Of a stretch of 64,000 bases of DNA, positions 40,505 to 49,938 are shown in pieces. This stretch comes from Nitrospirota bacterium. GTDB taxonomy: Bacteria > Nitrospirota > UBA9217. Both the position numbers and the translations under genes were made by a program. Numbering within the stretch: position 1 is the first letter of the stretch; each line of letters begins with the position of its first letter. Location: positions 352,001-416,000 of the forward strand of contig CAWJQQ010000008.1 in NCBI GenBank assembly GCA_963845065.1, written 5' to 3'. The notes beneath the pieces are model-generated. The model had not been told where the DNA came from. It did not search any database and saw nothing but the letters and a program-made list of their open reading frames with translations.

Positions 40505-42933
40505 AGTACTCTCAACCTCAGAAAATATGTTGGTTGATAATCCTTGCTGCGCTCGTAATTGCACTTCAAGGGTGTGCAGCGAAGGCTCCTACAGCTGCTC
40601 AGGGTCAGCCCACGCAGATCATCCTTAATAAGATCGAACCTCGAGACGTGGATGGAAAAACTGAAATCGATATTGAGGGTTCTGAACCCATTTTGCAGTA
40701 CACCTCCTACCAACTCACGGACCCTCTCCGGCTGGTGGTTGATATTTCCGATGCCAGTATCGGCAAATTTAAGGACGCGATTACTGTCAATAGCGGGGCT
40801 GTTACCGATATTACGCCTGAACAGAAGGATAATATTGCCCGTTTGGAGATCGGTTTATCTCAAAGCGTAGAGCCGACGGTATACCAGTCCAGTGGAAAAC
40901 TTATCGTCGAATTGAGCAAACCGGAAGGGGCAAAGGAAGCCACAGAGACCGTTACGTCTGAAGTCACTTCTTCTGTGACGCCCTCGGTGGAGACCGTGAC
41001 ATCTGAAGTCACCTCTTCTGTGACGCCCTCAGTGGAGACCGTGACATCCGCAGTAACTTCTTCTGTAACTTCCTCACTTCAACCCGAAGTGACCACGCAG
41101 GAACAGCCTGCTCCTGAGCAGGCCGAAGCCGAACAAGCAACTGCGACCGTAGTATCATCAGTGAAGGCGACTGCCGGCAGAAATGGTGTGAAAATCGTCA
41201 TTACCGCAGACGGTTCCATGAAACCGAATGTCTTCATGGTCGAGGGCAAGAAACTCGTCGTGGATATTCCAGGCGTGCTGAGCAGGGTGAGGCCGAGTGT
41301 CATCCCGGTAAGAAAAGGAGGTCTTGACAGAGTGCGGATCGGCCAGCATGCGGCACCGGACATGAAAGTCCGGGTCGTCATGGACCTCACAAAACCGCTG
41401 ACCTATACAGTGACCCCCGAGGGGAATTCTCTTATTATAGCCATGAGCGCGGCACCGTCCGTGAAACCTGAAGAAAAAATGCCTCAGGAAAAAGCTCCTT
41501 CAGCAGAAGCGGAGAAAGTCCAACCTACAGAGCAGGCAGTGACGGTGCCACATCCTCAGGAAGAAGCTGCCACTGCTGCCGTTCCCGCCTCGGAAGAGCG
41601 AACAGAGGTACCAAAAAAACAGGAGCCAATCGCTGCTGAAAACCCTCTCATCTCCACAGCTAAGAAATATACTGGCAGGAAAATATCTCTCGACCTCCAG
41701 GACGCTGACTTGGTAAACGTCATGAGATTGTTTGCCGAGGTGGCAAACGTGAACATCATCCTTGCTCCCGATGTCAAGGGAAAGATCACCGTGCGCATGG
41801 TAAATATCCCTTGGGACCAGGCAATGGACATTATCCTCAAGATGAACGGCTTAGGGTATGTTCTGGAAGACAATGTCCTTCGCATTGCTTCACTTGGTGC
41901 CTTGACGAAGGAAGCAGAAGATGAACTGAGGAACACGGAAGCGAAGAAAAGAACAGAAGACCTCATAACCCGGATTATTCCGATTAATTATTCTACAGCA
42001 TCGGTAATCGAAACGACGATTAAGAAATCTCTCTCACCTCGCGGTGAAACAGTCACCGATGCAAGGACGAATACGCTCATTGTGAAGGACGTTCCGCGCA
42101 ATGTCGATGAGATTATTTCCCTGATCAAGCTTCTTGATAAGCCCACTCGTCAGATCATGATCGAGGCCAGACTCGTCCAGGCAAACACGAATTTCAGCAG
42201 ACAGATCGGCGTGCAATGGGGTGGGACCGCCAGTGCAAGTGCTGCGTATGGGAATCCGACAGGCCTCGTATTTCCTAATTCCATAGTGGCGACAGGTGCA
42301 ACTGCGATGGGAGCGACACAATCGGGCAACGGCAACTATGTAGTTAACATGCCGGCAGCTGCAGGCGCCACCACTGGCGGCGGTGCGTTATCAATGACCT
42401 TTGGATCAATCAATAAGGCGTTAAACCTGGACCTTGCTCTTTCGGCTTTGGAGTCCACTGGAGAAGGGAAAATTATATCGTCTCCACGGGTCAGTGCATT
42501 GGATAACAAGGAAGCCAAGATAACACAGGGCGTATCCATTCCTTTTTCAACAACCTCGGCAGGTGGTACTCAGATCCAGTTTATAGATGCCAATCTTGAG
42601 CTGACCGTTACTCCTCATGCAACGCCGGATAACAAAATATATTTGAAAATTAAAGCAACAAAAAACGCTCCTGACACGTCGCTCTTGGGAGCATCGGGCC
42701 AGCCGTCGATAGACAAAGCAGAGGCAACAACTGAAGTTCTGCTGTCAGACGGAGAAACGGCTGTTATCGGAGGCATTCTTATCGTCAATAAGAATGTGTC
42801 CTACCTAAAAGTTCCTTTCCTCGGCGATCTCCCCCTTATTGGCTGGCTGTTCAGAAACAAGACCGACACGGATACCAAACAAGAGCTTCTTATTTTTATA
42901 ACGCCCAAGATCGTAAAACAGGAAGCAATTTAG
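40501..42933 (+). CDS. pilQ: Type IV pilus secretin PilQ with AMIN domains
   Basis: YTGRKISLDLQDAD, IPWDQA, QIMIEAR, ELLIFITP. Confidence 0.96.
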   Translation: MKYSQPQKICWLIILAALVIALQGCAAKAPTAAQGQPTQIILNKIEPRDVDGKTEIDIEGSEPILQYTSYQLTDPLRLVVDISDASIGKFKDAITVNSGAVTDITPEQKDNIARLEIGLSQSVEPTVYQSSGKLIVELSKPEGAKEATETVTSEVTSSVTPSVETVTSEVTSSVTPSVETVTSAVTSSVTSSLQPEVTTQEQPAPEQAEAEQATATVVSSVKATAGRNGVKIVITADGSMKPNVFMVEGKKLVVDIPGVLSRVRPSVIPVRKGGLDRVRIGQHAAPDMKVRVVMDLTKPLTYTVTPEGNSLIIAMSAAPSVKPEEKMPQEKAPSAEAEKVQPTEQAVTVPHPQEEAATAAVPASEERTEVPKKQEPIAAENPLISTAKKYTGRKISLDLQDADLVNVMRLFAEVANVNIILAPDVKGKITVRMVNIPWDQAMDIILKMNGLGYVLEDNVLRIASLGALTKEAEDELRNTEAKKRTEDLITRIIPINYSTASVIETTIKKSLSPRGETVTDARTNTLIVKDVPRNVDEIISLIKLLDKPTRQIMIEARLVQANTNFSRQIGVQWGGTASASAAYGNPTGLVFPNSIVATGATAMGATQSGNGNYVVNMPAAAGATTGGGALSMTFGSINKALNLDLALSALESTGEGKIISSPRVSALDNKEAKITQGVSIPFSTTSAGGTQIQFIDANLELTVTPHATPDNKIYLKIKATKNAPDTSLLGASGQPSIDKAEATTEVLLSDGETAVIGGILIVNKNVSYLKVPFLGDLPLIGWLFRNKTDTDTKQELLIFITPKIVKQEAI
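40945..41075 (+). repeat. 45-bp in-frame tandem repeat (about 2.9 copies) in pilQ
   Basis: Units start 40945, 40990, 41035; encode ETVTSEVTSSVTPSV. Confidence 0.9.
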
Positions 42934-43109
42934 TGCAAGAGAATAACACGGAATCTGAAGAATCATAGAAACAGGCACAAAAATAAACTGGACCATGAAA
43001 TGTAATTCGTTACATAGTTTGGTAAGACTGATTCCGAAAAATTAGCAAGAATTATGAGATGGCGTGTTGCAATTCAAAATAAAACAACAAGTTGCATGCA
43101 ACAGAAACA

Positions 43110-43126
43110 TTGGCACTTAAGTTGCT
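43110..43126 (+). promoter_or_regulatory. Consensus sigma54 (-24/-12) promoter
   Basis: TTGGCACTTAAGTTGCT matches TGGCAC-N5-TTGC. Confidence 0.8.
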
Positions 43127-43153
43127 AAATAACTATAAAATGAGGTTTACAAA

Positions 43154-43597
43154 ATGAGACTGTCCATAAAGCTTATTTTTACCTTATACCTCCTGCTTGT
43201 GGCGTCTTCCTTACTACTTATGCACGGCTGCGGCAAAGAGGAGGCACCGAATGGCGCCACCATTGTAGCACCATCAAATCTTGGAGTGCCTCACAATGCC
43301 GGTGGTGACTGTTATCCTGCATTAGTTTTTTCTGTTAAGGATGTTAACGGCAACCCTTTGAGCGATGTAGCCGTGGGAATATTCAGTAATGGCCTCATTG
43401 CGCTTGCGCCGGCTTTAAGTGCTCCCACGTGCAATCAGGTAACTAACCAAAGTTCGATATCTACAAGAACGGATGACTACGGGAGGGTAACAGTTGAAAT
43501 GGTTACGCTGCCGACCACTACAGGTGGCACTTCTTTTGTGGAAGTGGAATCAGGCTCAGCGGCAGCCGTTGCAACTACTCCACCGACTACGGATTAA
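43154..43597 (+). CDS. Lipoprotein with single Ig-like (Big_1-like) domain
   Basis: Lipobox MHGC; VKDVNGNPL..V.V and RTDDYGRVTV. Confidence 0.7.
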   Translation: MRLSIKLIFTLYLLLVASSLLLMHGCGKEEAPNGATIVAPSNLGVPHNAGGDCYPALVFSVKDVNGNPLSDVAVGIFSNGLIALAPALSAPTCNQVTNQSSISTRTDDYGRVTVEMVTLPTTTGGTSFVEVESGSAAAVATTPPTTD

Positions 43598-43638
43598 ATA
43601 GTTTGTTTGGAAGCGACGATGTTTGGAGGTAATTAATA

Positions 43639-46440
43639 ATGAGAGATTTCAAGTTAGCCGGACTTATCTGGCTGATAGTGTTATTGGGGTTGATAACAAA
43701 TTGTTCGCCCTCGAGCGTTAATGGCGGCAGCTCAACTACTGGTTCCGCCGGTATTGGCGGCGGTACCACCTCCGGCACTGTCGTACTTCCCCTAGCTATG
43801 ATTATTTCAGCAAGCCCAACTACAATTTCAACAGCAGGTACATCTCAAATTACAGTTCATGTTGTAGATGCCACGGGTAATGTGGTGCCTGACGGAACCG
43901 TCGTCAGCTTCAATCTCGATAACGGCTTAAAAGGAGTGCTCTCTAATACGGCGCAAGCGACGACGGGGGGAGACGCAATAATAACCTTTACTGCCGGATC
44001 ACAAAGCACCATTGCGGTAATAACGGCCACAATCGGGACCGGCACTGTCAGTGTTGATGTAAGTATCGTAGGCACGACACCAGCCACAATGCTAGTATCG
44101 GCGTCCACTTCATCGATAACTGCCGGGAATACGAGTATAATCACCGCCACAGTCACGGACAGCCTCGGCCATCTCGTGTCCGGAGCAACCGTATCCTTTT
44201 CGACCGATCCGACAAAAGCCTCACTCTCCACTGGCCAAGGTATAACAGGTGCGAACGGCGTAGCCAGTGTGACACTTACCGGAGCTGCCGGACCTTATGC
44301 AACGGTAGATGTAGCATGTCTGGGTACCATTGGATCGGTGTCGATAACGATTTCAGGTTCCGGATCAGTAGGATCAATTGCGGTTTCGAGTACGCTCACA
44401 TCCATTGTCACGGGAGGCACTGCTACCATTACAGGGCTTCTGCGAGACGCAGGCGGTCAGCCGATTACCGGTGCTACCTTGAATCTTTCCTTAAGCAACT
44501 CCGCAGCTGGTAACTTAAGCGCTCCAGCCATAGTAACTAATAATGCCGGTGTTGCCTCTGTTGGCTTTATGGCAGGAGCCTTGCCCACATCCGGTATCGT
44601 GAGCGCTACCTATGCAGCTCTTGGCTTGACCTCCTCGGTGAATTTGACGATTACCGCTCCTCCGCCGGCCAACATTGTCACAACAGCAACGCCCACAAGC
44701 ATTACGGTCAGGGGCACTTCAACCATTACTGCAGTCGTTACGGATATTAATAGTAATCCGGTATTGGATGGAACGCAGGTTACTTTCTCCGTGAGCGATA
44801 ACAGTTACGGTACATTATCAAATACGGTATCCTCAACATCAGGGGGTACGGGAATGGCGACTGTTACATTCACAGCAGCCAATAAGGCTGGAGCTGTTAC
44901 AGTATCAGCTGTTGCCGGCACTATCACTAAAACTACAACCGTGACGATTGTTCCGGCTCCAACCGGGAGCATTCAATTTATCTCCGCCGTGCCACAGCTC
45001 ATTGGTATCCAAGGCTCTGGTGTAATTACGACATCGACCATAGAATTCCAGGTGAGTGACATAAACGGAGATCCCGTAACTGACGGAACGAGTGTGAAGT
45101 TTTCGATGCAGGGTCCGGGAGGGGGCGCCTATATCGGAGCAACTCCGGGGTCGCTGACCGCCAATGGATCGACGGTTAACGGCAATGCCGTAGTAATTTT
45201 AAATAGCGGCACTGTGGCAGGTCCGGTAACCATCATCGCGTTGACAACGACATTAAGTGGCACGATCTCCACATCATCAGGACAGATATCGATAGGGGGC
45301 GGGGTGCCGTCTGCCACGCATTTTAATCTGGCGACTTCGCGATTCAATTTGCAGGGTTTTGTCGTCTCGGGCGCAACTGCCAGCATATCGGCATACGTTG
45401 CTGACCGGTTCGGAAATTACAACATATTGAAAGGGACATCGATTTCTTTTTATACTGAAGCAGGCGCGATAGGCGCTCAGGGAATAACTGATGCAACGGG
45501 ATACACGTCCTCCCTTTTAAGAACGCAGGCACCCGATCCGGCAATTGTGGCCCAAACGGTTGCAGAGCAGTCGAATATTGCCGACCTCAATTTGCAGTTT
45601 CCATTCGCGGTCATTCCGTCAGATGGTAGCGTGCATCCACGGAATGGCCGGGTAACGGTAATGGCTGCGGTCCAGGGTGAAGAGTCGTTTCTCGACGAGA
45701 ACGGGAACGGTGTATTTGATAATTCATATAACAATAGTGCCTGCCCTGTCGGATATACCTGCGAATGTGCCAGCGGCACGGGTACGTCCATCACGCCGAC
45801 TGACGCACTACCACGGACATGCGCTGGAGGAGTGAATAGATCTGAGGCCTTCGTTGATCTAGGCGAACCTTTCATTGATTCGAATGATGATAACTGCAGA
45901 AATGACGGTACTGGAACGGAGAATTGTAACGGTGTCGTGCCCAATAATCCCACTCCTACCGATCCCTATGAACCATTTATCGATGCAAACGGTAATGGTG
46001 TATATGATCCGCCTAATGGAGTATGGGATGGACCGAGTTGCACCGCACCCAATTGTGAAACGAGCAAGATGATATGGACATCAAGGAAACTTGTTTTTAC
46101 TGGAAATGAAGCGTATTGCGGCAGCTTATTTTCAGTATCGGCTGGATTCAAAGTCAATTCCGGGCTGAACATATTCTTCATGGCTGGGGATTTTAACACA
46201 AACGCGCTTATTCCCGGTACGACCATTGCCATTGCTGCGTCCGCCGGCACACTAACCGGGAATACCACCTATACCGTTGCCGATGGAGTTTCTGATGGGC
46301 CTACAGTGATGTCAGTCTTCCTCGCGCCACCATCAAGTGTGCCTAACCCAAATGTAGTTAGCGTTACAGCCACGGTGACGGCACCAAGTGGTAGTGGTAT
46401 CCTAGTATGCGCCCCTCAGACGATTACTGGATCATTCTAG
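43639..46440 (+). CDS. Large Thr/Ser/Gly-rich lipoprotein with tandem Big_1 Ig-like domains and acidic Ca-binding-like repeats
   Basis: Lipobox ITNC; repeated D..G..V.DGT.V.F units; E.F.D.N.NG..D repeats with paired Cys. Confidence 0.85.
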   Translation: MRDFKLAGLIWLIVLLGLITNCSPSSVNGGSSTTGSAGIGGGTTSGTVVLPLAMIISASPTTISTAGTSQITVHVVDATGNVVPDGTVVSFNLDNGLKGVLSNTAQATTGGDAIITFTAGSQSTIAVITATIGTGTVSVDVSIVGTTPATMLVSASTSSITAGNTSIITATVTDSLGHLVSGATVSFSTDPTKASLSTGQGITGANGVASVTLTGAAGPYATVDVACLGTIGSVSITISGSGSVGSIAVSSTLTSIVTGGTATITGLLRDAGGQPITGATLNLSLSNSAAGNLSAPAIVTNNAGVASVGFMAGALPTSGIVSATYAALGLTSSVNLTITAPPPANIVTTATPTSITVRGTSTITAVVTDINSNPVLDGTQVTFSVSDNSYGTLSNTVSSTSGGTGMATVTFTAANKAGAVTVSAVAGTITKTTTVTIVPAPTGSIQFISAVPQLIGIQGSGVITTSTIEFQVSDINGDPVTDGTSVKFSMQGPGGGAYIGATPGSLTANGSTVNGNAVVILNSGTVAGPVTIIALTTTLSGTISTSSGQISIGGGVPSATHFNLATSRFNLQGFVVSGATASISAYVADRFGNYNILKGTSISFYTEAGAIGAQGITDATGYTSSLLRTQAPDPAIVAQTVAEQSNIADLNLQFPFAVIPSDGSVHPRNGRVTVMAAVQGEESFLDENGNGVFDNSYNNSACPVGYTCECASGTGTSITPTDALPRTCAGGVNRSEAFVDLGEPFIDSNDDNCRNDGTGTENCNGVVPNNPTPTDPYEPFIDANGNGVYDPPNGVWDGPSCTAPNCETSKMIWTSRKLVFTGNEAYCGSLFSVSAGFKVNSGLNIFFMAGDFNTNALIPGTTIAIAASAGTLTGNTTYTVADGVSDGPTVMSVFLAPPSSVPNPNVVSVTATVTAPSGSGILVCAPQTITGSF

Positions 46441-46498
46441 GAATAGTGATACACCGGTTTTGTGTACGCTGAAGTTTTTTTGGTGATAAGTGATAGAC

Positions 46499-46531
46499 AT
46501 ACCCGCGGCCGATGTCGCGGGTATTTGTTTT
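46499..46531 (+). terminator. Intrinsic terminator
   Basis: ATACCCGCGGC/GTCGCGGGTAT then TTGTTTT. Confidence 0.7.
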
Positions 46532-46907
46532 CAACGCTCTTGCACCGTGATTATTTCTTAAAGAATGTGTCTGAATCTATTGAATTCAGGCGCAACGATA
46601 GCCTATAATTAAAAAAATCGAATAATACATTTTTTTTGACAATGCATTTGTCTTTCCATAGTTATTGCTTATCGGAAGATTATAAACCTTGTTTTTCTTT
46701 GCATTTGACGATTGCTAACACAAGGGTCATAGTGTTTTATTGACATATTCGACATGATTTAGCAGATTCTTGGGTGTTTCTAAGCTTGTTGCACAGTTCT
46801 GCCTCGCATCATGATCTTTAAATCCGTCAAATATGACGATTTCGATAGAACTATATCGGCGTGATACGTGGACCGCGGATAGTCATTTTAGGGAGCGTAG
46901 CTACCAT

Positions 46908-47684
46908 ATGCTAATCAGACAACGGGCTTTATTCTTTTTGCTTATCCTCATCGCGGGTTGCGCTTCAGCAAACCACCGCCCTGTTGGTATCGAAACATAC
47001 GATTATGCAAACCAGCTGTTTGAAAAAGGGTTGTACGGGGATGCACGTGATGCATACCGGTACCTGGATGAGACCTATCCGAAAACCCCATTGGCTGAGA
47101 AGGCAGAATACAATGCAGCCTACATCCTAGTCTACTATAAGAATCTTAACTACGACTATGCCGGCGCCGAGCGTGAATTCAGCGTTTTCTTACAGCATTA
47201 TCCAACGAGTAAACTCGCGGATCAGGCGCAGACATGGCTAGCGGTTCTCAAGAGTTTCGATCAGTCAAAAACGCACGAACTCATGATGGAAGTCGAGTTG
47301 CTCTCAAAAAAAATTCAGAATTTTTGGACTGAAATAGAAGACAGGCAGGCAGATGAAGAAAAACTGACAAAAGAAAAAGGTTCGCTCCTTGCGGAGAAGG
47401 AGGAACTATCCAAAAAAGCCGGTGATTTGCTGAACGAGAAGGAACACCTGTTAAGTGAGAAAGCAGCTGTGACTGTGGAGCGGGACGGGCTCATACAGGA
47501 TAAAATAACCCTTCAGCGAAGGGTCTTTTCGCTGACCGAGGAGAAGAATGATCTTATCCTGGCGAAAAAAAAGCTGGAAAAGAGTCTTCGAGATCTTACC
47601 ATGGTTGATGAGAAGATGAAGACGCAACGAAAGAAGATTAAAAAGGAGGAAATCAGCAAGGACACGAACTCAACCCCTCGCTGA
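46908..47684 (+). CDS. TPR (BamD/YbgF-like) lipoprotein with C-terminal coiled coil
   Basis: Lipobox IAGC; YP.TPLAEKA and F..FL..YP.S..A; heptad-rich tail. Confidence 0.7.
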   Translation: MLIRQRALFFLLILIAGCASANHRPVGIETYDYANQLFEKGLYGDARDAYRYLDETYPKTPLAEKAEYNAAYILVYYKNLNYDYAGAEREFSVFLQHYPTSKLADQAQTWLAVLKSFDQSKTHELMMEVELLSKKIQNFWTEIEDRQADEEKLTKEKGSLLAEKEELSKKAGDLLNEKEHLLSEKAAVTVERDGLIQDKITLQRRVFSLTEEKNDLILAKKKLEKSLRDLTMVDEKMKTQRKKIKKEEISKDTNSTPR

Positions 47685-47798
47685 GCGTTCGCCGTAAGTT
47701 TGCAGCAATATGCATTGGTGTGTTCATAAAAACGGCAATAAAAAAAAATCGTTTAGCTTTTAGATTTACAGATATATGCGATGCGTTGGATCATTGAA

Positions 47799-47999
47799 TT
47801 ATGTCGGATGTTGTCTGCTCATCCTCAGGTTTTTCTGCCTACGTTTCTGCGCTTCCCTTCTCTTCCGCTTCTTTTTTAAAGAGGGCTTTTCATAAAAACG
47901 TCTATTTTTCAACTCCCTGAACAGCCCATCATGCTGCATTTTGCGCTTGAGCAGCCGGAGAGCTTTTTCGATGTTTTTATCATCTACCCTTATCTCCAA
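47799..47999 (-). CDS. rpsU: 30S ribosomal protein S21
   Basis: IEKALRLLKRK, RRFYEKPS. Confidence 0.93.
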   Translation of the reverse strand: MEIRVDDKNIEKALRLLKRKMQHDGLFRELKNRRFYEKPSLKKKRKRREAQKRRQKNLRMSRQHPT

Positions 48000-48328
48000 T
48001 TATCCTGCTTCCTTCCTCCCGATCCTCTCCGATCGAATCCGCGCTGGCCGCCCCTGCCGCCACCCGATGTGCCGCGATCCCGCTGAGGCCTTGCCTCGCT
48101 TACATTGATAGTTCTGTCCATGACAGGCGTGCCATTAAGAGTTGAGATGGCCTTCTCGGCGTCCTCATCGTTTGCCATCTCCACAAAGCCGAAGCCCCTC
48201 GATCGTCCTGTCGCTGCATCCGTCACAATCTTACTCGAGGTTACTTCTCCGATTGCAGCAAAGACATCTTTCAGGCCATCCTCTGTGATCTGATACGGCA
48301 AATTTCCGACATAAAGCTTCTTTGACAT
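47990..48328 (-). CDS. RRM (RNP-1) RNA-binding protein with Gly/Arg tail
   Basis: KLYVGNL, RSRGFGFVEM; GGAGG RBS before ATG 48328. Confidence 0.94.
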   Translation of the reverse strand: MSKKLYVGNLPYQITEDGLKDVFAAIGEVTSSKIVTDAATGRSRGFGFVEMANDEDAEKAISTLNGTPVMDRTINVSEARPQRDRGTSGGGRGGQRGFDRRGSGGRKQDNWR

Positions 48329-48464
48329 GTTCCTCCTCCCGATACGGTTAATTTGATAAACGTTGCTTATATTAATGATACCAGAAACTGAACACTTTTG
48401 TTGGCTCAATAATCGATTAGGCACCTTTTTGCATGTTACAGGAAATCAGTTTTGAACAGGAAAT

Positions 48465-49785
48465 CAGCGTTGTCCGGTTAGCAAATTGCATTCAAAGGAG
48501 ACAATAAAAAAGCATAACATTCTTTCGGCCGGTCGCTATTAACTTGACATTTAGTAAAATGTGCACAGAAAAAATTTTCGTAAATACCTTTAACTGCAAG
48601 GAGTTACGAAAATGCCCTATGTGCTCGATCCGAAGAACGACTCAGGCAAACGACCGTCATTCAGCCAGTTGCTTCAACCACTGGAAGCGCCATTAATCGA
48701 CATCGCGTTACTTAAGGCACGAGGGAACAGGCCGCTACAAATGGAATTTGAAGATCAGCTTCATGCACTCATTTACTTTCACCTTGAGGAACACACTTCA
48801 GGTCGTCATCTGTTGCAAGTCCTCAAGGAAGATGATTTTGCCCGACAGACGATTGCGCCGAAATCCGGCATTAATAAAAGCAGTTTTTTCGAGGCCATTA
48901 ATTCAAGAGGCCTTGATCAACTTATGGAATTATACCTGGCGCTCCAAGTCAAAGCCACCAAGCTGCTTCCGACTGAATACGGCAATCTCGGCGACCTTGT
49001 CGCCGTTGATGGATCTTTGATAGATGCAGTACTTTCTATGCACTGGGCCGATTACCGGGGCGGTTCAAAAAAAGCCAAGACGCATATAGGCTTCGATATC
49101 AATCGTGGTATCCCGACGAAGATATTTTTGACCCACGGCAAAGGAGATGAACGCCCTTTTGTAAGCCAGATCATTTCACCGGGTCAGACCAGTGTTCTGG
49201 ATCGTTACTACCAGCGGCATAAGAACTTTGATCAGTGGCAAACAGAGAGAAAACATTTTGTCTGCCGGATCAAGGAAAATACAACGATTACTATTATCAG
49301 GGCCAATGCCGTAAAACCCGGAAGCATTGTTTTTTATGACGCCGTTGTCCTGCTCGGGACCAAAGGAGTGAATCAAACGGAAAAAGAACTCCGTTTAGTC
49401 GCCTATCGCGTCGCGAATAAAGAATACTGGGTTGCTACCGATCGGTACGATCTTTCAGCCGAGGAGGTAGCACTGGTTTACAAGCTCAGATGGAACATAG
49501 AAACCTTCTTCGGCTGGTGGAAACGCCACCTGAAGGTCTATCACTTGATTGCAAGAAGCAAACATGGTCTCATGGTCCAAATACTGGGAGGTCTCATCAC
49601 CTACCTGCTTCTCGCAATTTATTGCTACGAACAGCACAATGAGAAAGTCAGTATAAAAAGGGTCAGAGAGCTACGCTGCAAAATCAAGAATGAAGCTGCT
49701 GAGTTTGAGAATGTGCCTCCCGATCTTGACTGCTATAAAATGTCCGGAGGCATTATCTATGCAAAAACGTAACCGGACATTACTG
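48465..49785 (+). mobile_element. IS4-family insertion sequence, 1321 bp
   Basis: IRL CAGCGTTGTCCGGTTA, IRR TAACCGGACATTACTG (13/16 match); 9-bp target duplication ACAGGAAAT at 48456-48464 and 49786-49794. Confidence 0.92.
48612..49772 (+). CDS. IS4-family DDE transposase
   Basis: VDGS, LDRYY, Y..RWNIE.FF...K (YREK signature). Confidence 0.94.
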   Translation: MPYVLDPKNDSGKRPSFSQLLQPLEAPLIDIALLKARGNRPLQMEFEDQLHALIYFHLEEHTSGRHLLQVLKEDDFARQTIAPKSGINKSSFFEAINSRGLDQLMELYLALQVKATKLLPTEYGNLGDLVAVDGSLIDAVLSMHWADYRGGSKKAKTHIGFDINRGIPTKIFLTHGKGDERPFVSQIISPGQTSVLDRYYQRHKNFDQWQTERKHFVCRIKENTTITIIRANAVKPGSIVFYDAVVLLGTKGVNQTEKELRLVAYRVANKEYWVATDRYDLSAEEVALVYKLRWNIETFFGWWKRHLKVYHLIARSKHGLMVQILGGLITYLLLAIYCYEQHNEKVSIKRVRELRCKIKNEAAEFENVPPDLDCYKMSGGIIYAKT

Positions 49786-49820
49786 ACAGGAAATAACAAA
49801 AGTGTTCGCAAAAAGAACAA

Positions 49821-49859
49821 AAAAGGCTGCAAAACTCAATACCATAGTTTTTGCAGCCC
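49821..49859 (-). terminator. Probable terminator of der
   Basis: GGCTGCAAAA/TTTTGCAGCC preceded by an A-run on +. Confidence 0.55.
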
Positions 49860-49938
49860 GCAAATTGACAAAAACTCACGATTTTAAATCGTGTCTCTAT
49901 GCATGAAATAATACTCTCTGTTGACGAGGTAGGTCAAT

